From positions 330,001-362,000 of the forward strand of contig NZ_JAGIOS010000001.1 of NCBI RefSeq assembly GCF_017876815.1: 32,000 nt of DNA, written 5' to 3'. Source of the stretch: Sinorhizobium meliloti. Lineage in GTDB: Bacteria > Pseudomonadota > Alphaproteobacteria > Rhizobiales > Rhizobiaceae. A program made the position numbers and the translations under genes. Below the pieces are notes generated by a model, which ran no database searches, was not told where the DNA came from, and saw only the letters and a list, made by a program, of their open reading frames with translations. Below, piece after piece: positions 1 to 8,984 of this stretch (within the stretch, counting starts at the first letter, position 1; every line of letters starts with the position of its first letter).

Positions 1-7
1 GAACGCC

Positions 8-982
8 ATGGCCGAAATCATCGACACGCGCATCGAACCTGAGCGGGCAATCGAGAAAGCCTGCGCGGTTCTTTCGGACGGCGAACCGGTCGCGATCCCG
101 ACGGAGACCGTATACGGCCTTGCCGCCGATGCCACGACCCCCGATGCGATCAGCCGCATCTATGAGATGAAGGGGCGGCCGCGGTTCAATCCGCTGATTT
201 GCCACGTCTGCGATCTGGCGATGGCAGAGGCGCATGTGACCTTCGATCCGGTTTCGAGACGTCTGGCCGAGGCCTTCTGGCCCGGCCCCCTCACGCTGAT
301 CCTGCCGCAGCGGCGGGAGAGCACCGTGCACACGCTCGCATCCGCCGGTCTCGATACGCTCGGAATTCGCATGCCCGACGGCTTCTCGCGCCGGGTGATC
401 GCCCGGTTCGGGCGGCCTTTGGCAGCGCCGAGCGCCAACACGTCGGGCAAGATCAGCCCCACCAGTGCGGCCCATGTGCAGGCGGATCTCGGTTCCAGGC
501 TGAAGCTCATCCTCGACGCGGGGCCGGCCGCGATCGGCCTGGAATCGACCATCGTCAAGGTCGAGAACGGAAGGTTGCGGCTGCTGAGGCCCGGGGGGCT
601 CGACGCGGCAGAGATCGAAGCGCTGACCGGGCTCGCCATCGAGCGCCCGGAGGCCGCCGGCGCTGTCATCGAGGCGCCCGGCATGCTCGCCTCGCATTAC
701 GCTCCCGGTGCCGCTGTGCGGCTCGATGCCGATGAGGTCCGGAAGGGAGAAGCCCTGATCCGCTTCGGCGGAGAGGCGCTTCCCGGTGAAGCCGATGCCG
801 CGATCGTCCTGGATCTCAGTCCGGGCGGCAGCCTGCGGGAAGCCGCGGCCAATCTTTTCGACTATATGAAAAAAGCGGATGCCAGCGGCGCCGCGACCAT
901 CGCTTTCGGCCCGATCCCGAGCGAGGGGCTCGGCGAGGCGATAATCGACCGGCTGCAGCGCGCGGCCGCGCCGCGGGGCTGA
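8..982 (+). CDS. L-threonylcarbamoyladenylate synthase (Sua5/YwlC/TsaC family, long form with C-terminal Sua5 domain)
   Basis: 324-aa ORF. The N-terminal YrdC-fold motifs are readable (ETVYGLAADATTPDAISRIYEMKGRPRFNPLICHV; LAAPSANTSGKISPT). A C-terminal extension of about 120 aa is typical of Sua5. ATG at 8. Confidence 0.9.
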   Translation: MAEIIDTRIEPERAIEKACAVLSDGEPVAIPTETVYGLAADATTPDAISRIYEMKGRPRFNPLICHVCDLAMAEAHVTFDPVSRRLAEAFWPGPLTLILPQRRESTVHTLASAGLDTLGIRMPDGFSRRVIARFGRPLAAPSANTSGKISPTSAAHVQADLGSRLKLILDAGPAAIGLESTIVKVENGRLRLLRPGGLDAAEIEALTGLAIERPEAAGAVIEAPGMLASHYAPGAAVRLDADEVRKGEALIRFGGEALPGEADAAIVLDLSPGGSLREAAANLFDYMKKADASGAATIAFGPIPSEGLGEAIIDRLQRAAAPRG

Positions 983-1029
983 TGGCCATCGGCACGCTTG
1001 AAGCAACCACGTTGATCCGAGGCAGGGCC

Positions 1030-2472
1030 ATGACCACCGTACTTCCTTCTCCCGAACTCATCGCCTCCTTCGTCGATATCGTCGGGCCTGGCAATGCCCT
1101 CACCGCACCCGCCGACACGGCACCCTACCTCGTCGAGTCCCGCGGGCTCTACCGCGGCACGACGCCGCTCGTGCTCAGGCCCGGCTCCGTCGAGGAAGTT
1201 TCGCTGGTGATGCGGCTTGCGAGTCAGACCCGAACGGCAGTCGTGCCGCAGGGCGGCAATACCGGACATGTGGCCGGACAGATTCCACGCGAGGGCAAAG
1301 CCGACGTGGTCCTTTCCCTCGAGCGGCTGAACCGCATCCGCGACATCGACCCGGTCGGCAACGTGATCGTGGCCGACGCCGGCTGTATCCTGGCGGACAT
1401 CCAGAAGGCCGCCGATGACGTCGACCGGCTTTTTCCCCTGTCACTCGGCTCGGAAGGCTCTGCCCGGATCGGCGGCAATCTTTCGACCAATGCCGGCGGC
1501 ACTGCCGTGCTTGCCTATGGGAACATGCGCCAGCTCTGCCTGGGGCTGGAAGTCGTGCTCCCGACCGGGGAGATCTGGGATGGGCTCAGACGCCTCAGGA
1601 AGGACAATACCGGCTACGATCTGCGCGATCTTTTCATCGGCGCCGAGGGAACGCTCGGCGTCATAACCGGCGCCGTTTTGAAGCTCTTTCCGAAACCGCG
1701 CGGCCACCAGGTGGCCTTTGCCGGCCTCAGGAGCGTCGAGGACGCACTTACGCTTTTCGATCGGGCAACAAGCGTCTGCGGGCCGGCCCTGACGGGCTTC
1801 GAACTGATGCCGCGGCTCGGCATCGAGTTCACCACCCGGCACATCGCCGGCGTCAGAGATCCGATGGAAACGACGCATCCGTGGTACGCGCTGATCGATA
1901 TCTCCACCTCGGATACCGCCGAAAGCGCGGAACGGATGGTGCAAGACCTTCTCGAAGCCGTCATTGCCGACGGTCTCGTCGAAAACGCGGTCATCGCCCA
2001 GAACGAAGCGCAACGCAGAGCGCTCTGGCACATGCGAGAAAGCATGTCGCCGGCACAAAAGCCTGAGGGTGGCTCCATCAAGCATGACGTTTCGGTCCCG
2101 GTGTCGAGCATTCCGGCCTTCATGACGGAGGCGGATGCGCTGGTCTCCAAGGCCATCCCCGGCGCGCGCATCTGCGCCTTCGGCCATATGGGCGACGGCA
2201 ATATCCACTACAACATCTCCCAGCCCGTCGGCGCGGACAAGCAGAGCTTTCTCGATCGGTGGCGCGAGATCAATGCGATCGTTCACGCCGTCGTGCTCAA
2301 ACATGACGGCTCGATCTCTGCCGAGCATGGCATCGGCCAGTTGAAGCGAGACGAACTCGCGGCGATCCGCTCGCCGATCGAGATCGAGCTCATGCGACGG
2401 ATCAAGCACGCCTTCGACCCGGCGGGGATCATGAACCCCGATAAGGTGCTGCGCGAGGATCGAGGCGAGTAA
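1030..2472 (+). CDS. FAD-binding oxidoreductase, GlcD / D-2-hydroxyacid dehydrogenase family
   Basis: FAD-binding PCMH-type motifs are present (VVPQGGNTGHVAGQ, GGNLSTNAGG, NTGYDLRDLFIGAEGTLGVIT), plus a C-terminal SAEHGIGQLK...DPAGIMNPDKV. The start is uncertain. ATG 1030 gives 480 aa with a GAGG upstream. ATG 982 overlaps the Sua5 stop (TGATG) and gives 496 aa. Confidence 0.85.
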   Translation: MTTVLPSPELIASFVDIVGPGNALTAPADTAPYLVESRGLYRGTTPLVLRPGSVEEVSLVMRLASQTRTAVVPQGGNTGHVAGQIPREGKADVVLSLERLNRIRDIDPVGNVIVADAGCILADIQKAADDVDRLFPLSLGSEGSARIGGNLSTNAGGTAVLAYGNMRQLCLGLEVVLPTGEIWDGLRRLRKDNTGYDLRDLFIGAEGTLGVITGAVLKLFPKPRGHQVAFAGLRSVEDALTLFDRATSVCGPALTGFELMPRLGIEFTTRHIAGVRDPMETTHPWYALIDISTSDTAESAERMVQDLLEAVIADGLVENAVIAQNEAQRRALWHMRESMSPAQKPEGGSIKHDVSVPVSSIPAFMTEADALVSKAIPGARICAFGHMGDGNIHYNISQPVGADKQSFLDRWREINAIVHAVVLKHDGSISAEHGIGQLKRDELAAIRSPIEIELMRRIKHAFDPAGIMNPDKVLREDRGE

Positions 2473-2519
2473 CGACGGCATCCGGAAGTGCGTGATTCCG
2501 GGCCGCCCGCCGTTAAGCC

Positions 2520-4829
2520 CTACCCGCCCTTCCTGAGCTGCGACAGTTGGAAGAGCGTATCGGCGCTGATGCCGATATTGCTGCCGCTGCCTGAAAGCAC
2601 CACCACGGCCGGATCGACTTCCATGTTGTTCTCCAGATCGTAGAGCACGGTGAAGCGCGCGAGGAGTTTCTTCAGTTCGGCCGGGTCGCTCAGCTTCTCG
2701 AGATCGAGGTTCTTCTCGACGATCTTTGCCTGCTGGTCGATGTCCATGGAACTGAATTCGTCGGGCAGGCTGAAGATGGTGCGGAACACTTCGGCGAGCG
2801 CATCATCCGCCAGGAGATCGTAGGCGTCGACGAGCGAGCCTGCCTGGCGCTCGAAATAGAGTGCCAGGCGGACACCTGCATTGTCCTCGCCTGCCTGTTC
2901 TTCCAGCGACTGGTGCAGATACCGGTCGAGGGTCTCGTAAAGCCCCTGCCGCGTGATGATGACGCTCTTGTCCTCGCGCAGAACATTGCCGCCGCTGTCG
3001 AAATTGAACGAGGTGACCAGGGCGATGTAGGCTCCGGAGTTCTGCTGCTGATTGATGAAGCTCTTGGGATCGTCCAGATCGGAGGTGAAGATGTCGCGGA
3101 GGAAATCGAGGGTGACATTCTCGGGATCGATGCCGTTTGCCTCGAGAGCGAAATCGACCAGGCGGGAATCGGCGAGAAACTCGTCGAGAGAGGAGAGTTT
3201 GGCGACTTCGGCCGTATAATATTCGGCTTCCGCTTCGGCCTTGGTCTTGTCCTCCTCCGAACCAAAACGGGACTTGTTGACGATGTAGGTCTTGGCGGTC
3301 TCCTGGATCAGCGTCTCCGACTGGGCCAATGCCGGAACGCCGATATCGCCCGATGTCGTAAAGTTGAACAGCTGGGCGAGCTTCAAATAACGCTCGTCCT
3401 TCAGCGTATAGACGAAGCTTTCCGGATCGGTGAGATCGCTGGTCAGCACCCGCTTGATCGTCCGCGCGCTTTCGGAATCCGGATCGAGGCCGACGGCTTG
3501 CAGCGCGAAATCGTAGATCGAAGCCGTTTCGATGAAGTCGCTGACGGACGTCATCTTCTCTACGGCAAGCTTATAGGCGCCGATCGCCTTCTCGTCCGCT
3601 GCGTCGTCCTTGTCATTGTAGCGCGTCATGTAACGGCTGGAGGTGAGTGTCGTCTGCTCCGCGGTCTGCGCTGCATCGCCCGCCGCGAGCGTGCCATCCG
3701 CCTGGAAGTTGAAGGCCCTGGCGAGCGCCTTGTAGTTCTCGTTTCCCTTGCCGATCGTGTTGATGTAGCTGTTCGGGTCGTCCGGATCGCTGGTCAGGAT
3801 ATTCTTGATCGTCGCCGGCACGATCGTGACCTCGTTGAGATCGAAGGCCGTGCGGATGTAGTTATAGAGGCGCGTATCGGCGACAAGCTCGCTGACGGTC
3901 GTGATGCTCGCGATCTTCTCCTCGAAATAGGCCTTATTCAGGAGCGCCGCCTGAGGCGTGACCCGGGAATTGCTGGAGACGTAGAGTTCATTCATGGTCT
4001 TCTTGTGCGCGGCGGTCTGTGCCGATCCCGCGGCCACCGTGCCGTCGGCTTCGAACTGGAAAGCCGCCGCCATCGCCAGGTAATTGCTGACCGTGGAAAT
4101 CGACTTGTTGTAGGCGGCTATCTTCGCCTGGAGTTCCAGTTTTTCCGCCTGCGTCGTGCCGCTCTGCTGGAGCTTCGCCTGAGCGTCGGCTCTGGCAGCC
4201 TCGAGCTCCGATAGTCTGGGCTCGAGCACGGTGTTCTCATAGCTGTCCGGGTCGTCGGCATTGCTGGAGAGAACCTTGCGGAGCGTTTCACGGGAGTAAG
4301 TGCTCTCGTCGATACCGAAGACAGTGAAGACATAGGTCCGCAGACGGTCATTGTTCAGAAGCTGATCGACGCTGGTGACCTTGTCGATCATGACGTTGTA
4401 GTAGCGCGTCTCTTCCTTCTGGGTTTCCCCGATGCTGGCGATACTCGTATTATAGAGGCCGATCATCTCGTCGAGCTGCGCTTCGGTCTGGGAAACCGCC
4501 GTTCCACCGCTGAAGCTGAACGCCATCGTGAAATCGCGGTATCGTTCGTCCGTCAGCTTGTTGGCAAAGCTGTTGTCGTCGGACAGATCGCTTTCGAGCA
4601 CCTTCCGCATGAAGGCGACCGACTCGATCATGTCCGCCAGGCCATAGGCCTTCATCGCGTAGGAATAGAGACGGTAATCGGCTAGGAACTCGTCGACAGA
4701 GGCCACACTGCCGATGTTCTCCCTGTAATACTGCGTATCGCGGGCGACGATCGTCTGCTCCGACACGCGCCTCAGGCTGAGCTTCATGTCCCGTGCGATC
4801 AGATTGTAGTCGAGATAAGTCGAAACCAT
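2520..4829 (-). CDS. DUF1217 repeat protein (six tandem DUF1217-like modules), function unknown
   Basis: The ORF is trimmed to the internal ATG at 4829 (MVSTYLDYNLIARDM...), giving 769 aa. The upstream 57 codons are Arg/Ser/His-rich and look non-coding. Six modules have the form V(D/S)xFLAD.RLy.yal.a.GL...vL.SDldDp.SF and most end in aFnF..dG. Confidence 0.8.
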   Translation of the reverse strand: MVSTYLDYNLIARDMKLSLRRVSEQTIVARDTQYYRENIGSVASVDEFLADYRLYSYAMKAYGLADMIESVAFMRKVLESDLSDDNSFANKLTDERYRDFTMAFSFSGGTAVSQTEAQLDEMIGLYNTSIASIGETQKEETRYYNVMIDKVTSVDQLLNNDRLRTYVFTVFGIDESTYSRETLRKVLSSNADDPDSYENTVLEPRLSELEAARADAQAKLQQSGTTQAEKLELQAKIAAYNKSISTVSNYLAMAAAFQFEADGTVAAGSAQTAAHKKTMNELYVSSNSRVTPQAALLNKAYFEEKIASITTVSELVADTRLYNYIRTAFDLNEVTIVPATIKNILTSDPDDPNSYINTIGKGNENYKALARAFNFQADGTLAAGDAAQTAEQTTLTSSRYMTRYNDKDDAADEKAIGAYKLAVEKMTSVSDFIETASIYDFALQAVGLDPDSESARTIKRVLTSDLTDPESFVYTLKDERYLKLAQLFNFTTSGDIGVPALAQSETLIQETAKTYIVNKSRFGSEEDKTKAEAEAEYYTAEVAKLSSLDEFLADSRLVDFALEANGIDPENVTLDFLRDIFTSDLDDPKSFINQQQNSGAYIALVTSFNFDSGGNVLREDKSVIITRQGLYETLDRYLHQSLEEQAGEDNAGVRLALYFERQAGSLVDAYDLLADDALAEVFRTIFSLPDEFSSMDIDQQAKIVEKNLDLEKLSDPAELKKLLARFTVLYDLENNMEVDPAVVVLSGSGSNIGISADTLFQLSQLRKGG

Positions 4830-5203
4830 GCGTCGCCCGCCAGCAAGGAACGGGGACCGCCGGCGCTCCGACATCCCCTGAAACCACTCCGATGATGACC
4901 AAGATCGCGCAGCATGCTTGTGTGTGGCTTTTCCCGCTGGAGCGGGACGAGGAAAGTGAGTGCCCATTTTCCGCTCGCATCCCGCGCCCTGGCAAAGCAC
5001 GTCGAAAATGCCCGCGGTTTCATTGACGAATGAGAAACCTTGCGGCCTCGGCTTTTGCTAACCATCGGAGACAGCAAAGTTTTTTTAACCGCGAATTTTA
5101 AGCCGCCCGGAACGGAGCCCACCTATCCTCAGCCCGTAGAGGACGAAAAGTCCCGACAGGAAGGCCGGGAACGGCTCTCAAGGAAAAACAAGGGCGATAT
5201 GAA

Positions 5204-5770
5204 ATGCGCAATACACTCTCTCAGCCGGCTTGGGTCGAAAACACGCTCAGACTTGACCCGAAGCGCTTTCCGCAGCAAGCAAGCTACGTGCTGCGCGGGC
5301 ACACGGGGAATGTCAGCATCAGCCTTGACGAGCGTGGCGCTGTTCTGCGCAAGGTGCTACCATTCAGCGGCCTGCCGCTTTCGATCGCTCTGCCGGCGCG
5401 AGCTTTCAAGGGTGTGGCGGCACGGGCAATCGACCATGGCGACGGGGAGGTTACAGTGACGCTCGAACTTCATCACGATGATCCGGATCTCTGTATCCCG
5501 CTGCTCGTGGCTCATGATCTTTCGGACATCGCCGCCGATTGGCGCGCCTGGGCCGAAGCCTATCGCATTCCGATGCTCATGGTGGAAGCCGACGGGGTCG
5601 CGCGGCCGCTCGAGGAACATATCGGCGATGTCCGCACCGCTCCCGCAAAGCCGCGCCGCCGTCATTCCTTCTTCGCCGAGCGCCGCCCGCGTTTTCTCGT
5701 GCGCCGCTCCACCGGCAGTCTCGGTATCCAGATGAAGATCGACGGCCGCGAAATCATCGCCCGGGCGTGA
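5204..5770 (+). CDS. conserved hypothetical protein (possibly the alphaproteobacterial DUF6101 family)
   Basis: 188-aa ORF with GC3-rich codon usage and no recognisable catalytic motif. The family name comes from memory of rhizobial annotations next to ubiA and is not verified. Confidence 0.55.
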   Translation: MRNTLSQPAWVENTLRLDPKRFPQQASYVLRGHTGNVSISLDERGAVLRKVLPFSGLPLSIALPARAFKGVAARAIDHGDGEVTVTLELHHDDPDLCIPLLVAHDLSDIAADWRAWAEAYRIPMLMVEADGVARPLEEHIGDVRTAPAKPRRRHSFFAERRPRFLVRRSTGSLGIQMKIDGREIIARA

Positions 5771-5804
5771 CCGCAGCGTTCCACGCTGTAAGACATAGAT
5801 CAGC

Positions 5805-5845
5805 AAGCCGGCCCTACGACGCTCCGCGCCCTATGGCCGGCTTTT
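5805..5845. terminator. putative bidirectional terminator hairpin between convergent genes
   Basis: AAGCCGGCC (5805-5813) pairs with GGCCGGCTT (5835-5843) and is followed by TTTTG. It lies between the stop of the 5204-5770 ORF and the stop of ubiA. The loop is long (21 nt), which weakens the call. Confidence 0.45.
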
Positions 5846-5849
5846 GTAT

Positions 5850-6806
5850 TCAAATGAGCCTCGCGAGAAGCGAGAGCACAAGTCCGGCAAAGATGATCAG
5901 GCCGACGACGCCGTTGAACTTGAACAGCGCGAGACATTGCAGCGGATCGTGAATGTTCAATACGACGATCTGGTAGGCGAGCATCACCGCGGCCACCAGA
6001 AGCCCGACATAGGCGAAGAATCCGGCACCGGCCGCCAGAAAGGCGAAAAGCATCAGGAAAACCGCAATCCCGTATAGCCCGATAAGCCAGGGCTGCGGGT
6101 TGTCGCCGAAGCGGCGGGCGGTCGAGCGGACGCCGATCAGCTCGTCGTCCTCCCTGTCCTGATAGGCGTAGATGGTATCATAACCGATGGTCCAGGCGAT
6201 GGCGGCAGCGTAGAGGCTGATCGCAGCCAGGGAGAGGCTGCCGAACTCCGCGGTCCAGCCCATGATCGCGCCCCAGGAGAAGGCGAGCCCGAGGAAAAAC
6301 TGCGGCCAGTCCGTGAAACGCTTGGCGAAGGGATAGATCGCGACCAGCGCCAGCGAAAGGAAGCCGAGAAAAATCGTGAAACCGTTGAACTGCAGGAGCA
6401 CGACGAGACCCACAAGGGCCTGCAACAGCATGAATGCCTTCGCCTGAAAGCGGGTGACGCGGCCGGAAGGCAGCGGGCGCGAACGCGTACGTGCCACTTC
6501 CATGTCGATGTCGTGATCGACGATGTCGTTGTAGGTGCAGCCGGCACCGCGCATGGCAATCGCGCCGACAGTGAAGAGAAATATATGGAAAAGGAAGCGC
6601 CCGGCCGAGAAGCTGCCGAGCGAAGCCGCCGCCCCGGCCGCCATGGCGGCCGACCAGAGGCAGGGCAACAGCAGCAATTGCCAGCCGATCGGCCGGTCCC
6701 AGCGGGCGAGCTGCGCATAGGGCCACAGCGCTCGCGGCAGAACCCGATAGACCCAATTATTGGACGGCGCGTCGTGCACGCGGCCGGAATCGATAAAACT
6801 GTTCAT
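5850..6806 (-). CDS. ubiA: 4-hydroxybenzoate polyprenyltransferase
   Basis: UbiA prenyltransferase motifs are present (NDIVDHDIDMEVARTRSRPLPSG; YDTIYAYQDREDD) in a multi-TM hydrophobic protein. ATG 6806 gives 318 aa; the alternative start at 6827 adds 7 aa. Confidence 0.9.
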   Translation of the reverse strand: MNSFIDSGRVHDAPSNNWVYRVLPRALWPYAQLARWDRPIGWQLLLLPCLWSAAMAAGAAASLGSFSAGRFLFHIFLFTVGAIAMRGAGCTYNDIVDHDIDMEVARTRSRPLPSGRVTRFQAKAFMLLQALVGLVVLLQFNGFTIFLGFLSLALVAIYPFAKRFTDWPQFFLGLAFSWGAIMGWTAEFGSLSLAAISLYAAAIAWTIGYDTIYAYQDREDDELIGVRSTARRFGDNPQPWLIGLYGIAVFLMLFAFLAAGAGFFAYVGLLVAAVMLAYQIVVLNIHDPLQCLALFKFNGVVGLIIFAGLVLSLLARLI

Positions 6807-6878
6807 GGCCTTTGTTTGGCCCCGCAAAACCCGCCGGTCAAGCGCCCCATTTCATCCCGCCGCCTTCCAGGCGGCCCG

Positions 6879-7685
6879 TCAGGGAAGCGTGAAATCGAAG
6901 CGATAGGTTGCGGTCACCCCGACGAGGAACTGGTCGCGGCTGCCGCGCTCGCGTACGAGGCTTGAATCGGCGGCAGCGCCCATCAATCGCCGATATTCGG
7001 CATAGACACCCGTCTCCAGCTTCTCGGTCGCCATCCAGTTGATCTCCGCGCCGAGACCCGCGGAGTGAATACCGCCACCCGGATCATAGGTGCCGAGTCC
7101 CGAAGCAGCGGATTCCGCTGCGTTGACGCCATAATAGGCGTCGAAATAATCGCTCGATGCCGCCGTCAACCGCGGTCCGGCGGAAATGCGGACGGTGTCG
7201 CCCAGATCGGCGAAGGCATCCGCCGCGACATCGGCGACGACCCCGTGATGGCTGCGGATACCCTGACGTATCTCGGCGCGAAGACGCATCCAGTCCGTGG
7301 GGTAGACCTCGGCGAAACCGCCGACTTCGCCGCCGAACTTGGGACGGTCTAGTCCGTCAAGATCGCTCGAGTCGTCCTCGTCACGCTCGAAAATCAACTT
7401 GCCGACGGCGCCAGCGCGGAAATGTCCCTGGTCGAGCAGGGCGTAGGACATGTTGTCGTTGCGCGACGAAAAGCGCACGGCGCTGCCAGCCTTGCCGAGC
7501 GAAACGAGCGGCGCCGCCTGAAGCATGCGCTTCGAAGAGCCTTCATACTCCGGACCGAGAAAACCAGTGGCGCCTATCTTCAGATACCAGTCTCCAGACC
7601 ATGGGTACCGGCCTTCTTCGGCAGCAACGGCTCCAGCTGCAAGAAGAAAAGCCTGAGACGCAAGAAAAACAACATGAATGCGCAT
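6879..7685 (-). CDS. MipA/OmpV family outer-membrane beta-barrel protein
   Basis: Signal peptide MRIHVVFLASQAFLLAAGAVAAEE. The alternating beta-strand pattern, GPEYEGS motif and aromatic C-terminus (YRFDFTLP) are typical of the MipA scaffold family. Confidence 0.8.
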   Translation of the reverse strand: MRIHVVFLASQAFLLAAGAVAAEEGRYPWSGDWYLKIGATGFLGPEYEGSSKRMLQAAPLVSLGKAGSAVRFSSRNDNMSYALLDQGHFRAGAVGKLIFERDEDDSSDLDGLDRPKFGGEVGGFAEVYPTDWMRLRAEIRQGIRSHHGVVADVAADAFADLGDTVRISAGPRLTAASSDYFDAYYGVNAAESAASGLGTYDPGGGIHSAGLGAEINWMATEKLETGVYAEYRRLMGAAADSSLVRERGSRDQFLVGVTATYRFDFTLP

Positions 7686-7724
7686 CTATACTCCGAAGAA
7701 TAGTCCGTCAGTGGAGGAAACCTG

Positions 7725-7765
7725 GTACGTGACTTAAGCACGTATAAGGAGTGACTTCCTAAGTC
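7725..7765. promoter_or_regulatory. two related palindromic operator-like sites upstream of the mipA-like gene
   Basis: TACGTGACTTAAGCACGTA (7725-7743, near-perfect palindrome) and TGACTTCCTAAGTCA (7751-7765, 6-bp arms) share a GTGACTT..AAG core. They lie 40-80 nt upstream of the start at 7685, inside an AT-rich gap. Confidence 0.25.
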
Positions 7766-8056
7766 ATACAACGCATTCTTATCTTCGACAAGTCCCTTAG
7801 ATTTCCGTTAACCTGATCTTTTCAGCTTACGCACTCACACAGAACTGCGGCTATCTCGCAAATTGGACTAAGGTCATTTGAGGATCATCTTGAGTTTATG
7901 AATGCTGCTGTGAGCTGGATAATGGCGTTGTAGCTCTGGTGGGTTTTGTCGGCTGCAATCTCTCCTCATCTCTGTGCTTGTCACATAGAACAAGCCGCGG
8001 CGGGTATTCCGAATCTCAACAGGACTTAGAGCAATCCCAGAAAGTGCCGACGCCGT

Positions 8057-8872
8057 TCAGGTCCGCTGGTCACGCAGATAGACGCTCGGCGGCGCACCCA
8101 GCATGCGGCGGAACATGGTCGTGAAAGCCGCGACGTTCTCATAGCCGGCGTCGAGCGCCACCGTGGTGATCGGTTCGCCGTCCGCGATGCGCGGCAGCGA
8201 GGCGAAAATGCAGGCATGCTGTCGCCACGTGACGAAGCTCACGCCCGTCTCCTGCCGGAAGAGCCGCGTGAAGGAACGCCGGCTGATGCCCATGCGGGCC
8301 GCCCATGCGTCGATATTCGCCGATGCCGACGGCGCCTCCAGAAACTGCCGGCAGAGGGCTGCGAGCTTGCGGTCGCGCGGGAAAGGCAGACCTAAAGGCC
8401 GCTGGTTGAGCCGCGGTATTTCCGTGAGCAGCAATTCCATCATCAGGCTTTCGCGCCGTTCGGACGATGCTTCGTTCCCGGCGCCGACAAGTTCGTCGAT
8501 GAGGCTGCCGACGAGCGCGCTCATCTCCAGGACGAGAGGCCGGCGCGCCTCGCTTGCCTCCGGCGAGATGTAAATGGAATGCATACGCACATCGCTGACC
8601 ATCTCGGCCGAATGCTCGATACCCGCGGGGATCAGCAGGGCATGTCCCGGAGGAATCATCCAGCGCCCCCCCGACGTATAGACGAGCACCACCCCCGAAC
8701 GCGCCCACCAGAGTTGAGTCCGGCTGTGGCTGTGGGAGGGCACGGTGAGCCCGCAGGCGTAATCCCTCCCGATCGCGAGAACGGGCGCGTTCGCCTTCTC
8801 GATCCATTCCAGGCTTCTGAAATGGTCCGCGTCCGGCAACTTTGGCAGGTGATGTCGGTCCGATTTCGCCAT
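8057..8872 (-). CDS. AraC family transcriptional regulator (N-terminal cupin plus C-terminal HTH)
   Basis: Cupin-like N-terminus (HSHSRTQLWWARSGVVLV...GHALLIPAGIEH). The C-terminal AraC HTH signature is readable (ISRRSFTRLFRQETGVSFVTWRQ...GYENVAAFTTMFRRMLGAPPSVY). ATG 8872 gives 271 aa; a GTG at 8881 is possible. Confidence 0.85.
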   Translation of the reverse strand: MAKSDRHHLPKLPDADHFRSLEWIEKANAPVLAIGRDYACGLTVPSHSHSRTQLWWARSGVVLVYTSGGRWMIPPGHALLIPAGIEHSAEMVSDVRMHSIYISPEASEARRPLVLEMSALVGSLIDELVGAGNEASSERRESLMMELLLTEIPRLNQRPLGLPFPRDRKLAALCRQFLEAPSASANIDAWAARMGISRRSFTRLFRQETGVSFVTWRQHACIFASLPRIADGEPITTVALDAGYENVAAFTTMFRRMLGAPPSVYLRDQRT

Positions 8873-8984
8873 ATGGCCCACTCACGAAAGAACTCGACCA
8901 AATCACAAAAGCAGGCCAGCGACAAGCCGTCTAGAGATGGCCGAAAAGGCTCCCTTGGCGAGCCGCCTCCTAAGGAAACATTCC

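Noticed and set aside
2913-4214. 433-aa + strand ORF antisense to the DUF1217 gene
   Set aside because: The sequence is repetitive and Arg/Leu/Gly/Asp/Val-rich, mirroring the acidic repeat protein on the other strand. It has no start context. It is a shadow ORF.
4830-5000. In-frame 57-codon N-terminal extension of the DUF1217 ORF
   Set aside because: Its composition (His/Arg/Ser/Trp-rich) is non-protein-like. The conserved DUF1217 N-terminus MVSTYLDYNL starts at the internal ATG 4829.
7869-7882. 13-mer AAGGTCATTTGAG shared between the mipA-upstream gap (7870-7882) and the moaB-downstream gap (31129-31141)
   Set aside because: Several exact 13-mer coincidences are expected by chance in a 32-kb window on two strands. 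The flanks do not align and neither copy is part of an obvious structure.
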